Positions 25,691 to 37,712 of a stretch of DNA of 64,000 nucleotides are shown here, piece after piece (the stretch's first letter is position 1; each line of letters opens with the position of its first letter). This stretch comes from Octopus vulgaris (lineage: Eukaryota), in the NCBI GenBank assembly GCA_951406725.2, contig OX597821.1, forward strand, positions 48,236,001-48,300,000. Reading direction: 5' to 3'. The notes under the pieces were generated by a model. That model did no database searches. It saw nothing but the letters and a program-made list of their open reading frames with translations, and was not told where the DNA came from. A program made the translations under genes and the position numbers.

Positions 25691-28500
25691 AAAAAATAGA
25701 CATTGTACTTTTAGCTAGAAAAACATTTATAGAGTTTGAGGAAAAATTATCGACCAGAGCAGACACCCCTAATAATTTCGATATACCCATGGGCTCCAGT
25801 GATTCGGCTGAGGTGACTAATTTAGTAGGCGCATATCTATTAAAATGCATAAAAAAGGAGATCCCTGAATTGCAAGGTGGTTTATATAGAGATGATGCTT
25901 TGTTTGTTGTCCCTAGTAATAATAAATCGAACATTGAAAGGATTAGAAAGAAAATTAATAGGTTCTTTAAAGATTTCAACCTTAGCATAACCTATGAACC
26001 AGGCACTAAAATAGTCAATTTCCTAGATATTACATTAGACCTTAACTCTAAGCTTCATTATCCATTTAGAAAGGAAGGTGAAATCACTAGTTACGTAAAT
26101 AAATTATCCAGTCATCCCCCTAATATAATTAATACTGTTACGGAATCCCACCTGCCGTCGCTCAAACTCTTCGGAAACCCGGGACCCTACCAAGTCGAGC
26201 GACGACGATTGACCGGCTCGATCGAACGGCGAACTCGCCACGGAACTCAGAGAGAGAGAGAATTCGGTGGGGGGGAAAAGCGGCAGCAAACACGGCAACC
26301 GGCGACCGGAGATAACAACAACAACAAACAGGAAGAGATACAGAGAGAGACAGCGGAAGGCAATTGGCTACATTTAACAACAGTTTATACAATTATTACA
26401 ACATCAAATAAATCAAAGATACATCAGGTATACAGCAAATCAAATTCAAGGCATGCAGATACAATATACAGTTCATAGACAAATAAGTTCAGATCAAATC
26501 AAAACAACGATACAGTTCAATGTTCAAATCACATTAAAGTCTTTCTCTTTCTTTTTCAACGCGTATTAACAACTCTGTAACACAATTCACAATGTTCTTT
26601 ATAATCTCATTTCTTTTTCTCTTTAGTACTGTTCTTTCTTTTTTTCCCTCTTTCCTTCTTTTTTCACATCAATTCTCTTTTTAGTTCAATACATCAAAAT
26701 ACAACAACCAAAAGACACAAACAAAACTTTACCGGACGTTCCTTTCCGTCTGCAACAATTTCAGAAAATTACTACCGTAATCGCCAAGCCCTCTCGCCGC
26801 AATCTCTCTCAGTTTCTTAATCTTCTCTGCCTGTCTTCCTCTGTCACAGCAGAAACAACCTTTTACTAACTTGCTCTGTCCTCGACTGTCCAACAGACTC
26901 ACATCTCCTGCTTTTTAAGGGGTTTCCTCGAACTTTTTTTCACCTGAAAAGGGTCGCAGGTCTCCCCAGAACTAATCAATCCACCTGAATCTGACAGGAC
27001 AATGGATTTATTCCAAAAGTAGGTCGCAAGCACTGTCCTTAAATTGACCTATTCATAACAATACTTTGATTAGAAATATTTCTTTAAGAATCTCTAAATT
27101 ATCATCTAATTCTGATATATTTAACTCCCATTCGGAGCATTATAATGCGGCGTTATATAAGGCAGGATACAACCAAAAAATTACCTTTATTGATAAAGAG
27201 AACTTACATATTCCTAATAAAAGAAATAACAATAACCACGTAAACAACAATAGTGATACCGCCGGAAATAAAAGTAGATGTAGATTTAATGTGACAACAA
27301 ATCTAAATGGAAATAAGAACAAAGATAAGAACATAGACCAAAACATAAGTAACTCGGATAGGATAAATTTAGGTAAAACAAAGAAGCATACAATTAGTAA
27401 CATTGATAAAGAGAACTTACATATTCCTAATAAAAGTAGTAACAATAGCCACGTAAACAACAATAGAGATCACGCCAGAAATAAAAGTAGGAGTAGATTT
27501 ACGGTGACAACTAATCTAAATGGAAATAAGAATAATGATAAGAACATAGACCAAAACATAGGTAATACGGATAAGATAAATTTAGATAAAACAAAGAAGC
27601 AGGCAAATAAGAACATTAATAAACACAACGACTCTGGTGAAAGTAAGAATGATTCAACTAACCCCAATTCTAATTCTAGGAAATTTAATAAGAAAGATGT
27701 AATGTGGCTAAATGTTCCTTTCAACTGTGCGATTCTGTCGGATATTCAGAGTAGATTCAAAATAATTCTGGAAAAGAACTTCCCAACCTCTCATAGATAT
27801 CATAAAATTATTTCTAAAAAAACGGTCAGAATTTCTTATTCAACCCTCCCAAATATGTCCACTTTAATAGCTAAGATCAATAATGATAACATTAAACTAG
27901 CCAGGAAAAATTTAAATAATAACAATAGGAATACAAATGGCAATTGTAGTAACATTACCGAAATTAATAATAGCCACAATAATAATAATAACTATCATAA
28001 CATAGGTATAATCAATAGCTATAGAATAGCTAGTAATAATAATAATACAAATAGGAACAATTATGTTAATAATAGGAATAATACTAATAGGGAAAATACC
28101 GAGAATGAAGACAATAATGATATCTATAGTAACAGTATACATTTAGAAACTAATACTGGCAATAATAGTAGCAATACCAATAATGTTAGTAACTATGGTA
28201 GGACTATAGAATTAAATGATAGTATAGAAAGACCGATAAATGATAATACTGCTTTAGATAACAACATTAACTATAATAACGATAACACTATTTTAGAAAG
28301 CAACAGTAACCATAATAACGAAAAATATACTCATAATGTTTTGAATAGCAGTAATATGAGACATCTATCCTTGAGTAATTCCATATCGGAAAATGATCCC
28401 CGAGGTGTAACTGTAGAATTAGATCAAAATGCCCGGCACCTGGTCTATACGGGTTAAACAACGTAATCTATAAATGTACCATAACCACAGAGAATAACAA
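25691..28500 (+). pseudogene. PLE RT-thumb-linker-Zn knuckle ORF, interrupted by a solo LTR and truncated in the GIY-YIG domain
   Basis: FDIPMGSSDSAEV, GLYRDD, VNFLDITL, SSHPPNIINT|LIRNISLRISKLSS, WLNVPF..FP.SHRYHKII..TVRISYSTLPNM, then in a shifted frame CNCRIRSKCP..NNVIYKCTI. Confidence 0.9.
26136..27060. mobile_element. Solo LTR (925 bp), probably of a Ty3/Gypsy-type retrotransposon
   Basis: TGTTA..TAACA termini and ATAC TSD (26132-26135 and 27061-27064); excision restores the PLE reading frame (IINT-LIRN). Confidence 0.85.
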
Positions 28501-29125
28501 ATTTTGACCCTTCTTTACCTTCCCATATCCTCCTTATATAGCAATTAACGATGATATTTGGTCAAGATTAGCTTTCCTCCTTAAAGCTCTTAGATTCTTA
28601 CAAATTCTGAATCAGTCAGTTCGTCTCCACTAAAATAAACTATTCTGCGTAGTTGGACATTTACATCCCCTTCCCCTCCCAGTTACCCTAATATACCCTA
28701 TGTGAGGGATTGTCTCTACGCTTCACTAACCCTCCTTCAACAAATTTAATTCTAACATAGCAGTTTGGAGAAATTCTCAGAAATGTAACCAGTATATCAC
28801 TACACATCAAGAAACACACTTTATTATGGACTAATTATGGATAAATACATCTTCTGTGAGTATGATACCTCTCCTCGTATCTCCAGAAATCAAACTTACT
28901 TCAATATGGATGGATTTACATTTTCATTTTCATTTTCATATTCATTTTCTGGGAAACTAAGAGGTGTTTTAAAAAAATTTCTTTAAAACCCGTTATATGA
29001 CTGTGCAACACTAAAAGAACTTTTAGAAGTTCGTTTGTTACCTACATCTTATTTTTATAGAGCTATCCCTGATGTTTCAGGAGTGTAACACCACCCCCTT
29101 AGATGTTTGGAGAACCCAGATGTTT

Positions 29126-29214
29126 TTTCGGCTGATGAGTACGGGTCACTTATATTTACTGCAATATTTACAGCCTTAATAAAGCTGTCTTCGTACGAAA
29201 CAATTGTACCGAAA
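29126..29214 (+). ncRNA. Type-I hammerhead ribozyme in the 3' pLTR
   Basis: Stem I tttcgg/ccgaaa; CUGAUGA at 29132-29138; stem II gtacg/cgtac with a 48-nt insert; GAAA at 29197-29200; palindromic ACAAUUGU stem III; GUA cleavage triplet at 29206-29208. Confidence 0.9.
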
Positions 29215-30842
29215 TATTGATCCATTCTTGTTGCTTTTTTCTTATTTATAATCACCCCGTATTATCTTATGGTTAACACCATATAGATTTCTGGTGCATC
29301 TAAGTTAATTACCGCATTCATGGGAATTCAACAGAACTCACTTGAATCTTAATTGCTTCTACTGTATATATATATAAGTACATACATACATACATACATA
29401 CATACATACACATACATACACATACATAAAATGTCATCACGCTATTATCTACCGATGAGGCATGACGTTGTAGCTAGGATATTCTATAATGAATATCATA
29501 AGAATACCCTTACTATCTGAAAGAGCAACAGCGATGCCCTTCCTGACATCCCTCCTTACTTTCTCATGCTCAACTTGAGATTTCTCAAAAGACATACATA
29601 CATACAAACAAAAATAACCTGTTGTTGATGTTGAAATTCCAGTGAAGGAGTCCTGGATCTAGATTAGATACCGGTTCTTTCTCTATTGGCAAGAAATCTT
29701 GAAATATACTGAATAATGACATACAAGCATATACATAAAAAGCCAAATTTCAATCAAATCTTCTGCAAATTAACTTGAGGTCTCTTGATGACAATGTAAC
29801 CTTCATTTAACTAAGATATCTTCTGCTTTATGAGTAGCTAGCTGAGTATCCCTCGCTGAGTAATTACTACTTCTAAGAGGTTCTGCTAACTAGGAAACAT
29901 ATGTTGCTTAAATTTTACCGGCTCCATTCCCTAAATTTGGGTTTTTGTTCACATACTTAGCACCCTAGTTGCTAACTGGGAACTATAAAATAATATTTTT
30001 CTGCTTATGAAATTTCGATATGGATAAAATTTAGAACCTTCTACGCCAATAAACCACTATTATTCCTCAAAGTTGTTTTTATACCTTCTACGGAATGCAC
30101 GAAGCTAAGATAAAGAAAAGTGGAAGAAGGAGGCAGAAAGTTTCACAGGAAAGACAAAGTGGGAGAGAGAGAGAGAGAGAGTAAGTTATGACGTTCATAA
30201 AAAATAAAATGTAAAATGTTTTGTTTTTTGTTTTTGAAAGACACTATTTTTATAATCATAGTATAATATACTTTAGTGAAAATCGTGCGAGTGTTAATCT
30301 ACAAATTTAACAACATTTTTTCCATTCATTTCTGTTTATGAACATGTATGCGTGCACAAAACATGCAATAGGTGTACGTACATACGTGTGTTTATGTGTG
30401 TTCGTGTCTGTTGCCCATATATATTTATATTATATTATATATATATAATATATATAAGATATATATATATAATATAACTAATTTCAATGGATTTCGCCCA
30501 AATTTGATGTCTATATTACTTAGTTTGGTTTGAAATAAAGAACTTGATTAGCTTAATAATCGTAACTTAATCCCGGACAAGGCTAGGTTATACTGCTAAT
30601 ATATATGTATAAAATCAAAATAAACAACAAGGATATCCAGAGGTAATGCAGTACGAACATTTCATGCAACTCCATTTAATTGAACAATGCTATCCTTACA
30701 TCAATTTAAAATGCAGAGCAATCTTCAGCAGCACAAAGACATAGAATTTAATTAAATTAGAACAGATGGACACATTAGTATAATTATACCTAAAATCTCC
30801 AAGAAGTTAAGGAGTTAGGCAAAGAACATACTGTTCTTACTC

Positions 30843-31209
30843 CAGTCATCCCCATTTGTAAAACAACAAAGAAGGAGATAGATATCCCAGTATCAATTAA
30901 TTTTGCTTTCTGTGATGAACTGACACTATTTGGTTACGTTTTGTTAGCCACTTTATCATAATTTTTTTAAAGATAGTGATAAGTTATTTGAATTTTGAAT
31001 TGGCACTTGCTCTCTCATGTTCATTTGAAAGTCGCAGAGCCTTCAGCTGAACAGGCTTGCACAGAATGGTAAATATATTTTTAAGAAATAGTTTACATAA
31101 TAAACCTATGGGATGAGCTTTAAGTGTCAATTCAGCACAGAAAACGAAATCAATTGATACTGGGATATCTACCCCCTCCTCTTTGTAGTCTTACAAAAGG
31201 GGACGACTG
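30843..31209. mobile_element. Unclassified MITE with ~85-bp TIRs
   Basis: cagtcatcccc..tagatatcccagtatcaatt..tgacact is the reverse complement of agtgtca..aattgatactgggatatcta..ggggacgactg. Confidence 0.75.
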
Positions 31210-31259
31210 TTTTTTTTATAGTATATTTGCTACGTTCTCCATGCATGTTTACATATAGT

Positions 31260-31650
31260 GAGAGATCTGTGGCTTTGGAGAGTTTTATCTCTTCTTTCTA
31301 GCAAACCGGTGCATATTGTACTCGGACTTTTAATATATATGTTGACTCCCCTTAAAAAGACACCTTCTATTGGATTGGAACAGTCTATTCTGTTCAAATC
31401 CTTTGCATCTAACATCATATCTTTACAGTTTGGCCTATAATGCTGTCACCCTTTGTAACAATTCTTCATGTACTGTTTGCTATCCCCTTTCTTCTAACCT
31501 ATATTGTCCATTCAATTTTTTGATTACTTCCTCATTCTTGAGCTCTCCTCTCATTAGCCTATTCAATTGCATTATTAATAGTGTGGCCATTCTCCCTTTA
31601 GCATGCAGACTACCAGCCAACCTGCTTACTGTTGTGTATTACCAATGAGG
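31260..31650 (-). mobile_element. R4/Dong-like LINE pre-RT fragment
   Basis: Minus-strand EELLQRVTAL*AKL*RYDVRCKGFEQNRLFQSN resembles the conserved pre-RT region of R4/Dong. Confidence 0.55.
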
Positions 31651-32230
31651 ATATGATGACCACCACTAAAAATTCATTCCATTTAACTTCTATTAGTTTT
31701 ATCTTAGAGACAGACAGAACTCTTACAAAGCAACTCTGTCCAATTTTTCCATTCATAAAAATCTTTACAATCTTTACAGAATCTCTATGAAAAAAAAAAG
31801 TCTCCTTTATTTTTTATTGCAGTCAATAAACTGCAGCAGTGATAAGGTTAAAGTAAATTAGCCGAGACTCAAATCCATTTGATATCTTACGCGATTGGAT
31901 TTTATTGATTTTTGTTTTCCAATAGGTTCTACACAGAACACAAATATCAACTTGCTGGTAATTTCTTTCCATATAATAGCACTCTTCCTTGATAAATGGA
32001 TTACATTGGAAAAGAATAGTAAAAATAACGATGATGACGAAGATAATGATGACAATGACAACGGTGTTGACAACAATAATAATAATAAAGACAATATCAA
32101 AAATAAAGATAATGAGGATAAATGCAAAATTTCTTTCTTTCTAACACTGAAGCATGAGAGAGATTATATTTTTATTTTTGCTTTTTATAAAATTTTATTA
32201 TTTTAATCTAACTGTGCTTTCAGTTACATA

Positions 32231-33120
32231 TATGAGGAGATACCCAAAAGAAACTGGAATTTTGCAATATCATTTTATTGACCTAGTTTTACATGTCTAC
32301 ACTTTTATCACCTGCAAAGTATTCTCCATTTGAAGCAAAGCAGTGATCCAGACTATTTTCCACTGTTCAAAGCAGGGCTGGAACTCTTGCAAAGTGATGC
32401 CTTTTTATGACTTCATCGTTTTTCTCTTCACCTCTTCCACATCTGCAAATTTCATAGCATTAGCTTTTGTTACTAGTGATGACCTTCAAGAAAGGTCCAG
32501 ATCAACTTCCAATTGTTCTTTTAGTTCGTAACATGCATTTAGTTGTGACTTCTTTTGATCTTCCATGAGCAAGCGAGGCACAAATTTTGCTGCAACACTT
32601 TTCATTCGCAATTCCTCACTCAGAATTCATTGGCAGGAGCTCCAGGACACACCAGTCATATCAAAAAGTTCATGAATTGGTTGGTGATGGTCCTCCAAAT
32701 CAGTTTGGGAATTTTCATGATGTTTTCATCCATTCGGGTGGTTGATGATTGCCCTGAACAAGGCTGGTCTCCAAGTGACAAGTGACCATTCTTAAAGTGT
32801 GAAAACCACTCGTAAACTTGTGTTTTGCTCATGGCTGTTTGAAGCATGACAATTGTTTTGGCAGCTGTTTTACCCAGCAAAATAAAACAGGATATCATAC
32901 CAGCATGTTGTTCTTTCATTTCAGCTATCATTGAACAGAGGAGAATCACAGCAAAACAAAGATGCACCACATGATGGTATGAGTTTACTCCATACCGCTG
33001 GTTGACAGATTGATGCCTGAGGGTCACATCAAGTGGCTTCTAGTGGTGGAAGCTTGAACTAACTACAACAGGCTTATCCCACAGAGCATGTTTCCAGTTA
33101 CTTTTTGGTACCTTCTCATA
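32231..33120 (-). mobile_element. Internally deleted mariner
   Basis: TIRs tatgaggagatacccaaaagaaactggaa / ttccagttactttttggtaccttctcata; HTH peptide LGKTAAKT..MSKTQVYEWFSHFKNG..DQPCSGQS. Confidence 0.85.
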
Positions 33121-33143
33121 TATGCATACATATGTACATACAT

Positions 33144-33200
<57 letters not shown>

Positions 33201-34649
33201 ATATAATATAAATAGAATATATGTCTATATATGCTTATATATACACACACACATATATATGTATATATATATATATATTCTTTTTTCCAAATTTGCGTAA
33301 ATGTGTATAGAATAATATATCAGTTGAATAAAGTTAAAACCTGGTCTGGTTTTCACAATATTTACAATGGTATTTAAAAAAAATAAATATTCTTACAATG
33401 GTGAATTGTGTTAAACATTATCTTGTAATGTTCATAAAGTTCAATTAGTGCTTTCATATGTTTGTAGTAATCATCAAATTTCAAAATGTATTTAACTGAC
33501 AGTTGAGTTCTTGACAACTGTAGTAAAATGACTGACTTCTTCTTGAATTTTCGGAATACGGTTTTGACCAATCCACATGCAACTTAAATGTCATGGTTTG
33601 CCAGGCATACCGATATTACTGTCATAGATCCTGCATTTATTTTAACCAATTATTTTGTAGTTTACATGTAATGGTTTTATGAGTGAGCAAACATAGTTGG
33701 TTTCAATTGTTTTTATTTCAATGGGTGGAAGTCTCCTGTAATTTGTAAATATACATTTGTTAAAGATATTTTTTAATCTACATCATTAACTGGTTGTTAT
33801 ATTATTGTTGTTATTTCCATTCAGAACAAATTTGAACATTTTAGTAAACAATTTTTCTTTTATCTTTCTTCCAACCTCACTTGTGCCGTGTAGTTTGCAG
33901 AAAGGAAAGATTAGAGACATTTTCTGACCACATGTTTCTATATGTTTGCTCAATGGAATTTGGTGAATTTATGTTCCAGATTTGTTGTCTGTGGACTCAT
34001 GAGCGTTCCAATAATGTATTCCCTGCCTCGCCAATATATAGTTCCTCAAAATTCGTGCATTGGATTTTTGTGGTTTCGTCACTGTTTACAATTACCTTTA
34101 AAAAAACTTTTTAATGTATCATATAGATGTAATTTTTTATGCTAAATTTGAGTTCTTTATTCATTTATTCCAGAAAAATTTTATAAAAATGTTACAGGTG
34201 TTCAAAGTTTCAGAATTTTCAACCAATCAGAAAACAGTGCGTTCACTGCCTCTTCCCTCATCAGAGGCATGAGAAAACATTGCTAGAAATAACAGTCAAA
34301 ACATTAAAATATACACAAATGAAGTTAACATTAAAGCATTCATGAGCAAATTAAATATTTAAAAGCTACTAACAAGCAAACCAACAAGAGTTGCTAGAAA
34401 TAACAGTCAAGACATTGTTTAAAACAGACATTTATTAGTTTAAAACAATTCAATAATGAAAGTTTGCAATACACTCTAGGATTTTATAAAATAAATTAGC
34501 TGGCCCCATGCTGTCAAAAATGACTGCTAATTGTAGTATTTTATATATAAATATGGATGGTAAATCAAATTAATACACTTGTCGATGTTCACATACATTC
34601 ACATACTTCCCTTGTACATGCACATACATACACACATATACTCACACAG

Positions 34650-35140
34650 AGTTGAAATGCTATTTGATTTTTGTTCAAGGTCAAGTATATCACTGTACTG
34701 GATTTTGGTTGCCAACTGACTCCAAAAATCCTGTTCTTACAACTCTAGTTTGTGGCAAATTACAAGGAACAGGCTTTGCAACGGTCATGTAACCATCCAA
34801 GTTTGAAAGAAGAGTTAATCTTTGATCTGCAAGATATGTTGCATGCAAACAGTAGCTACATCAGAAGTTTCAAGTATACAGTGGAATCTGCACCACCCAC
34901 TGAATACAACATAGTTATTGATGCAGACAAAAAGCTTATTACTGAGCACAGAGGCGACTAAAATGCCCCTACTGCAAATGAAGTAGCAGCAATTATTACA
35001 GGCAGCGAGTATGGAAAGAGAGACATTATTATTCATCAAAGAGGAAATAAGATTCAGTGCATAAATGCAACTCACCAATCATATGATGCAGTCCAGTATC
35101 ATTAATCTGTGTATTTGGCCAAGATGAATATCACCTTGGT
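34650..35140 (+). mobile_element. Helitron RepHel N-terminal fragment
   Basis: VQGQVYH, LQDMLHANSSYIRSFK, NAPTANEVAAII..RDIII..INATHQSYDAVQY. Confidence 0.8.
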
Positions 35141-35223
35141 ATACAAAAAAGCAGATACATAATTTCATTCAACATGTAATAGAATTTATCACCCTTCATA
35201 AAAGTGGTGAATTTTGTATTTTC

Positions 35224-35227
<4 letters not shown>

Positions 35228-35269
<42 letters not shown>

Positions 35270-35380
35270 GAGTAAGAGAGCAGTGCATGCCATCAAAGTG
35301 ACACTGGGGTAAAATATATGAAGCCCAGTATACCCATTATGACTACCCGTCTGATAAGGGTACACTAGGCACATGCATCA

Positions 35381-35425
<45 letters not shown>

Positions 35426-35432
35426 CATTATC

Positions 35433-35477
<45 letters not shown>

Positions 35478-36030
35478 GAGTGAGAGAGCAGTGCATGCCA
35501 CCAAAGTGACATTAGGGTAAAATATATGAAGCCCAGTATACCCATCATGACTACCCGTCAGATAAGAGTACACTAGGCACATGCATCACAACCATATGTG
35601 CTTGACATATTGATCACATGTCAAGATAAACAGTGCGTAATCTTGAAAGTGGGGCCCAGTTAGAATTTTCTTCAGGTCAAGTAGCCCATCCTGCTCAAAA
35701 GGTTCCTGAATAAAAATTGTTTAAAAGATGTTGAACAAAACACCCATGTTTCCAGAGGTGAATTGTCCAAACCCCATTTAATTCCTCTCAACACATGGCT
35801 ATGATGCTCCCTCACTACTTCTACGCATGATCAGAGATGTACATATAATCAACCACTAAGGGACATGCTCAACTGGTTAGGGTTGAACAACTGACAAATA
35901 AATCAGTGGTATGGAGCAGAATATTTGCTGTAGACCATCTTCCATACCAAGACAAAACAATATACATAACACTTCCAATCAGTTAAGATCGGAAGCCATG
36001 AGAGCCACTGCCTGGCACTGCATCAGGGCA
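35228..36030 (-). mobile_element. Unclassified retroposon with (TAA)n tail; terminal ~112 bp duplicated
   Basis: gagt(a/g)agagagcagtgcatgcca..ctaggcacatgcatcaca at 35270-35381 and 35478-35590, each preceded by (ATT)n. Confidence 0.55.
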
Positions 36031-36034
36031 TTTG

Positions 36035-36066
<32 letters not shown>

Positions 36067-36179
36067 GCTGCTGTTGTTGTTGTTGTTGCTGTTGTATCAT
36101 GAATTCAGAATTGATTTCCCAATTGAAGAATAACTAGAATAACAAATTTCCATAGAGCATATTTTGCTTTTTTCTTCCA

Positions 36180-36660
36180 AGACTGCACTGGTATGGTCCT
36201 GTGATACATATGGACTAGGAAATCTATGTGAAAAACGTCCTGGTCTCTAACTGTGGAGGGAACCTGTGGAAGAGGAAGAGCCAAGAAGATATGGGTTGGG
36301 GTGGTGAAATATGATCTTCAAACATTGAATTCCATGGGGGTAATTACAAGTGACGGAAAACTGTGGTGATTTATTGTGCTTGAGAAGACATGTCAAGCTA
36401 AGTGAAATTGTAGCTGTGGCCAGTGCTAGTGATACATAAAAGGCACCCATGCTGGTGATACATGAAAGTGCCTGTGCCAGTGCTATGTAAAAGATACACA
36501 GTGCACTCTGTAAAGTGGTTGGCATTAGGAAAGGCATCCAGCCATAAAAACCATTCCAAAACAGACTGGAGCCTGGTGCAGCTCTCCAGCTTACCAGCCC
36601 CAGTCAAACACTCTTATGCATGCTAAGTTGGAAAACAGATGCTAAATGATAATGATGAGG
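36180..36660 (+). mobile_element. RTE LINE extreme 3' end and tail
   Basis: TVEGTCGRGRAKKIW peptide followed by the shared 3' UTR and a (GAT) tail. Confidence 0.75.
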
Positions 36661-36892
36661 ATATATGTGTATATACATATATATATATACCTGCAAAAGG
36701 AAGCACCACTGGAAGATTATTTGGTTTGCCCCACCCTTGTCTCTCAATGTTAAAACTTGTGTGGGAAGGATTTTCCTCAGGTTAGTGGACCAGCACTTTA
36801 TGCAGTCACATGGTTACAGACGTTTGTTTAATAGGCACAGCCTAAGGGTCTCCATTAGTTGCATGCCCAACGTTAAAAAAATTTTAGTGAAC

Positions 36893-37073
36893 GGCACGTA
36901 AAAAGCACCCACTACACTCACGGAGTGGTTGGCATTAGGAAGGGCATCAAGCTGTAGAAACTCTGCCAGATCAGACTGGAGCCTGGTGCAGCCTTCTGGC
37001 TTCCCAGATCCCCGGTCGAACCGTCCAACCCATGCTAGCATGGAGAACGGACGTTAAACGATGATGATGATGA
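36893..37073 (+). mobile_element. Well-preserved RTE-tail copy inserted into the PLE
   Basis: Nearly identical to 40908-41088; ends ggacgttaaacgatgatgatga. Confidence 0.85.
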
Positions 37074-37379
37074 CCCCTAAAACATGAGCAGAGGCCAGTT
37101 GCTTGTGTAGGGAATACAATGACTGCCCAGTGGATGGCCAATGTAAGGCTGAGTGGGTGGCTGAAAATTGCCCTAACAATCAGAACAATAGCAGCAGCAG
37201 CTCATTCAGCAACAATGTTGACAACAATGGCAGAGGTGGCAGCAGTAACACATTGAATGGCAGAAGCAACAACATTATAGCTGGAGAGGATTGCTATGCC
37301 AGAGACGACTACTATGCCAGCAACAGCAACAGTGGAATTACTGGACTCATGCCCTTTAATAACAGCAGCAACAGCAAGT

Positions 37380-37712
37380 GGAGGCGCAATGGCCCAATGA
37401 TTAGGGCAGCGGACTCGCGGTCAGAGGATCGCGGTTTCGATTCCAGAGCGAGCGTTGTGTGTGTTTATTGAGCGAAAACGTCTAAAGCTCCACGAGGCTC
37501 TGGCAGGGGGTAGTGACAACCCCTGTTGTACTCTTTCGCTCCAACTTTCTCTCACTCTTTCTTCCTGTTTCTTGTCCCCGACTTCCTACACAACCGCTCA
37601 GCCTGGATGCGCATTCATCCATCCGTCGATGCTCTTGGTGTTGGGGGTTGACCTGCTTTCTCTTCTGCGGGTCTTATGAATAGCAAAGGACCACGTTTCG
37701 GACTTCTCCCAC
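37380..37712 (+). mobile_element. tRNA-derived SINE (family A) inserted into the PLE
   Basis: Homologous over ~330 bp to 2712-3043 (-). Confidence 0.85.

Larger units (their letters stand above)
25412..29250 (+). mobile_element. Penelope-like retroelement (Naiad-like), 5'-truncated, with inverted pseudo-LTRs
   Basis: 25412-25694 is the near-identical reverse complement of 28967-29250. Internal RT and linker motifs are present and each pLTR holds a hammerhead. Confidence 0.9.

Noticed and set aside
25691-28500. Selenoprotein-type recoding known from some Naiad PLEs
   Set aside because: No in-frame TGA at conserved Cys positions in the preserved ORF, and no SECIS recognisable by eye.
37380-37452. 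tRNA-like sequence
   Set aside because: It is the head of a ~330-bp SINE present twice, and no proper acceptor stem is evident.
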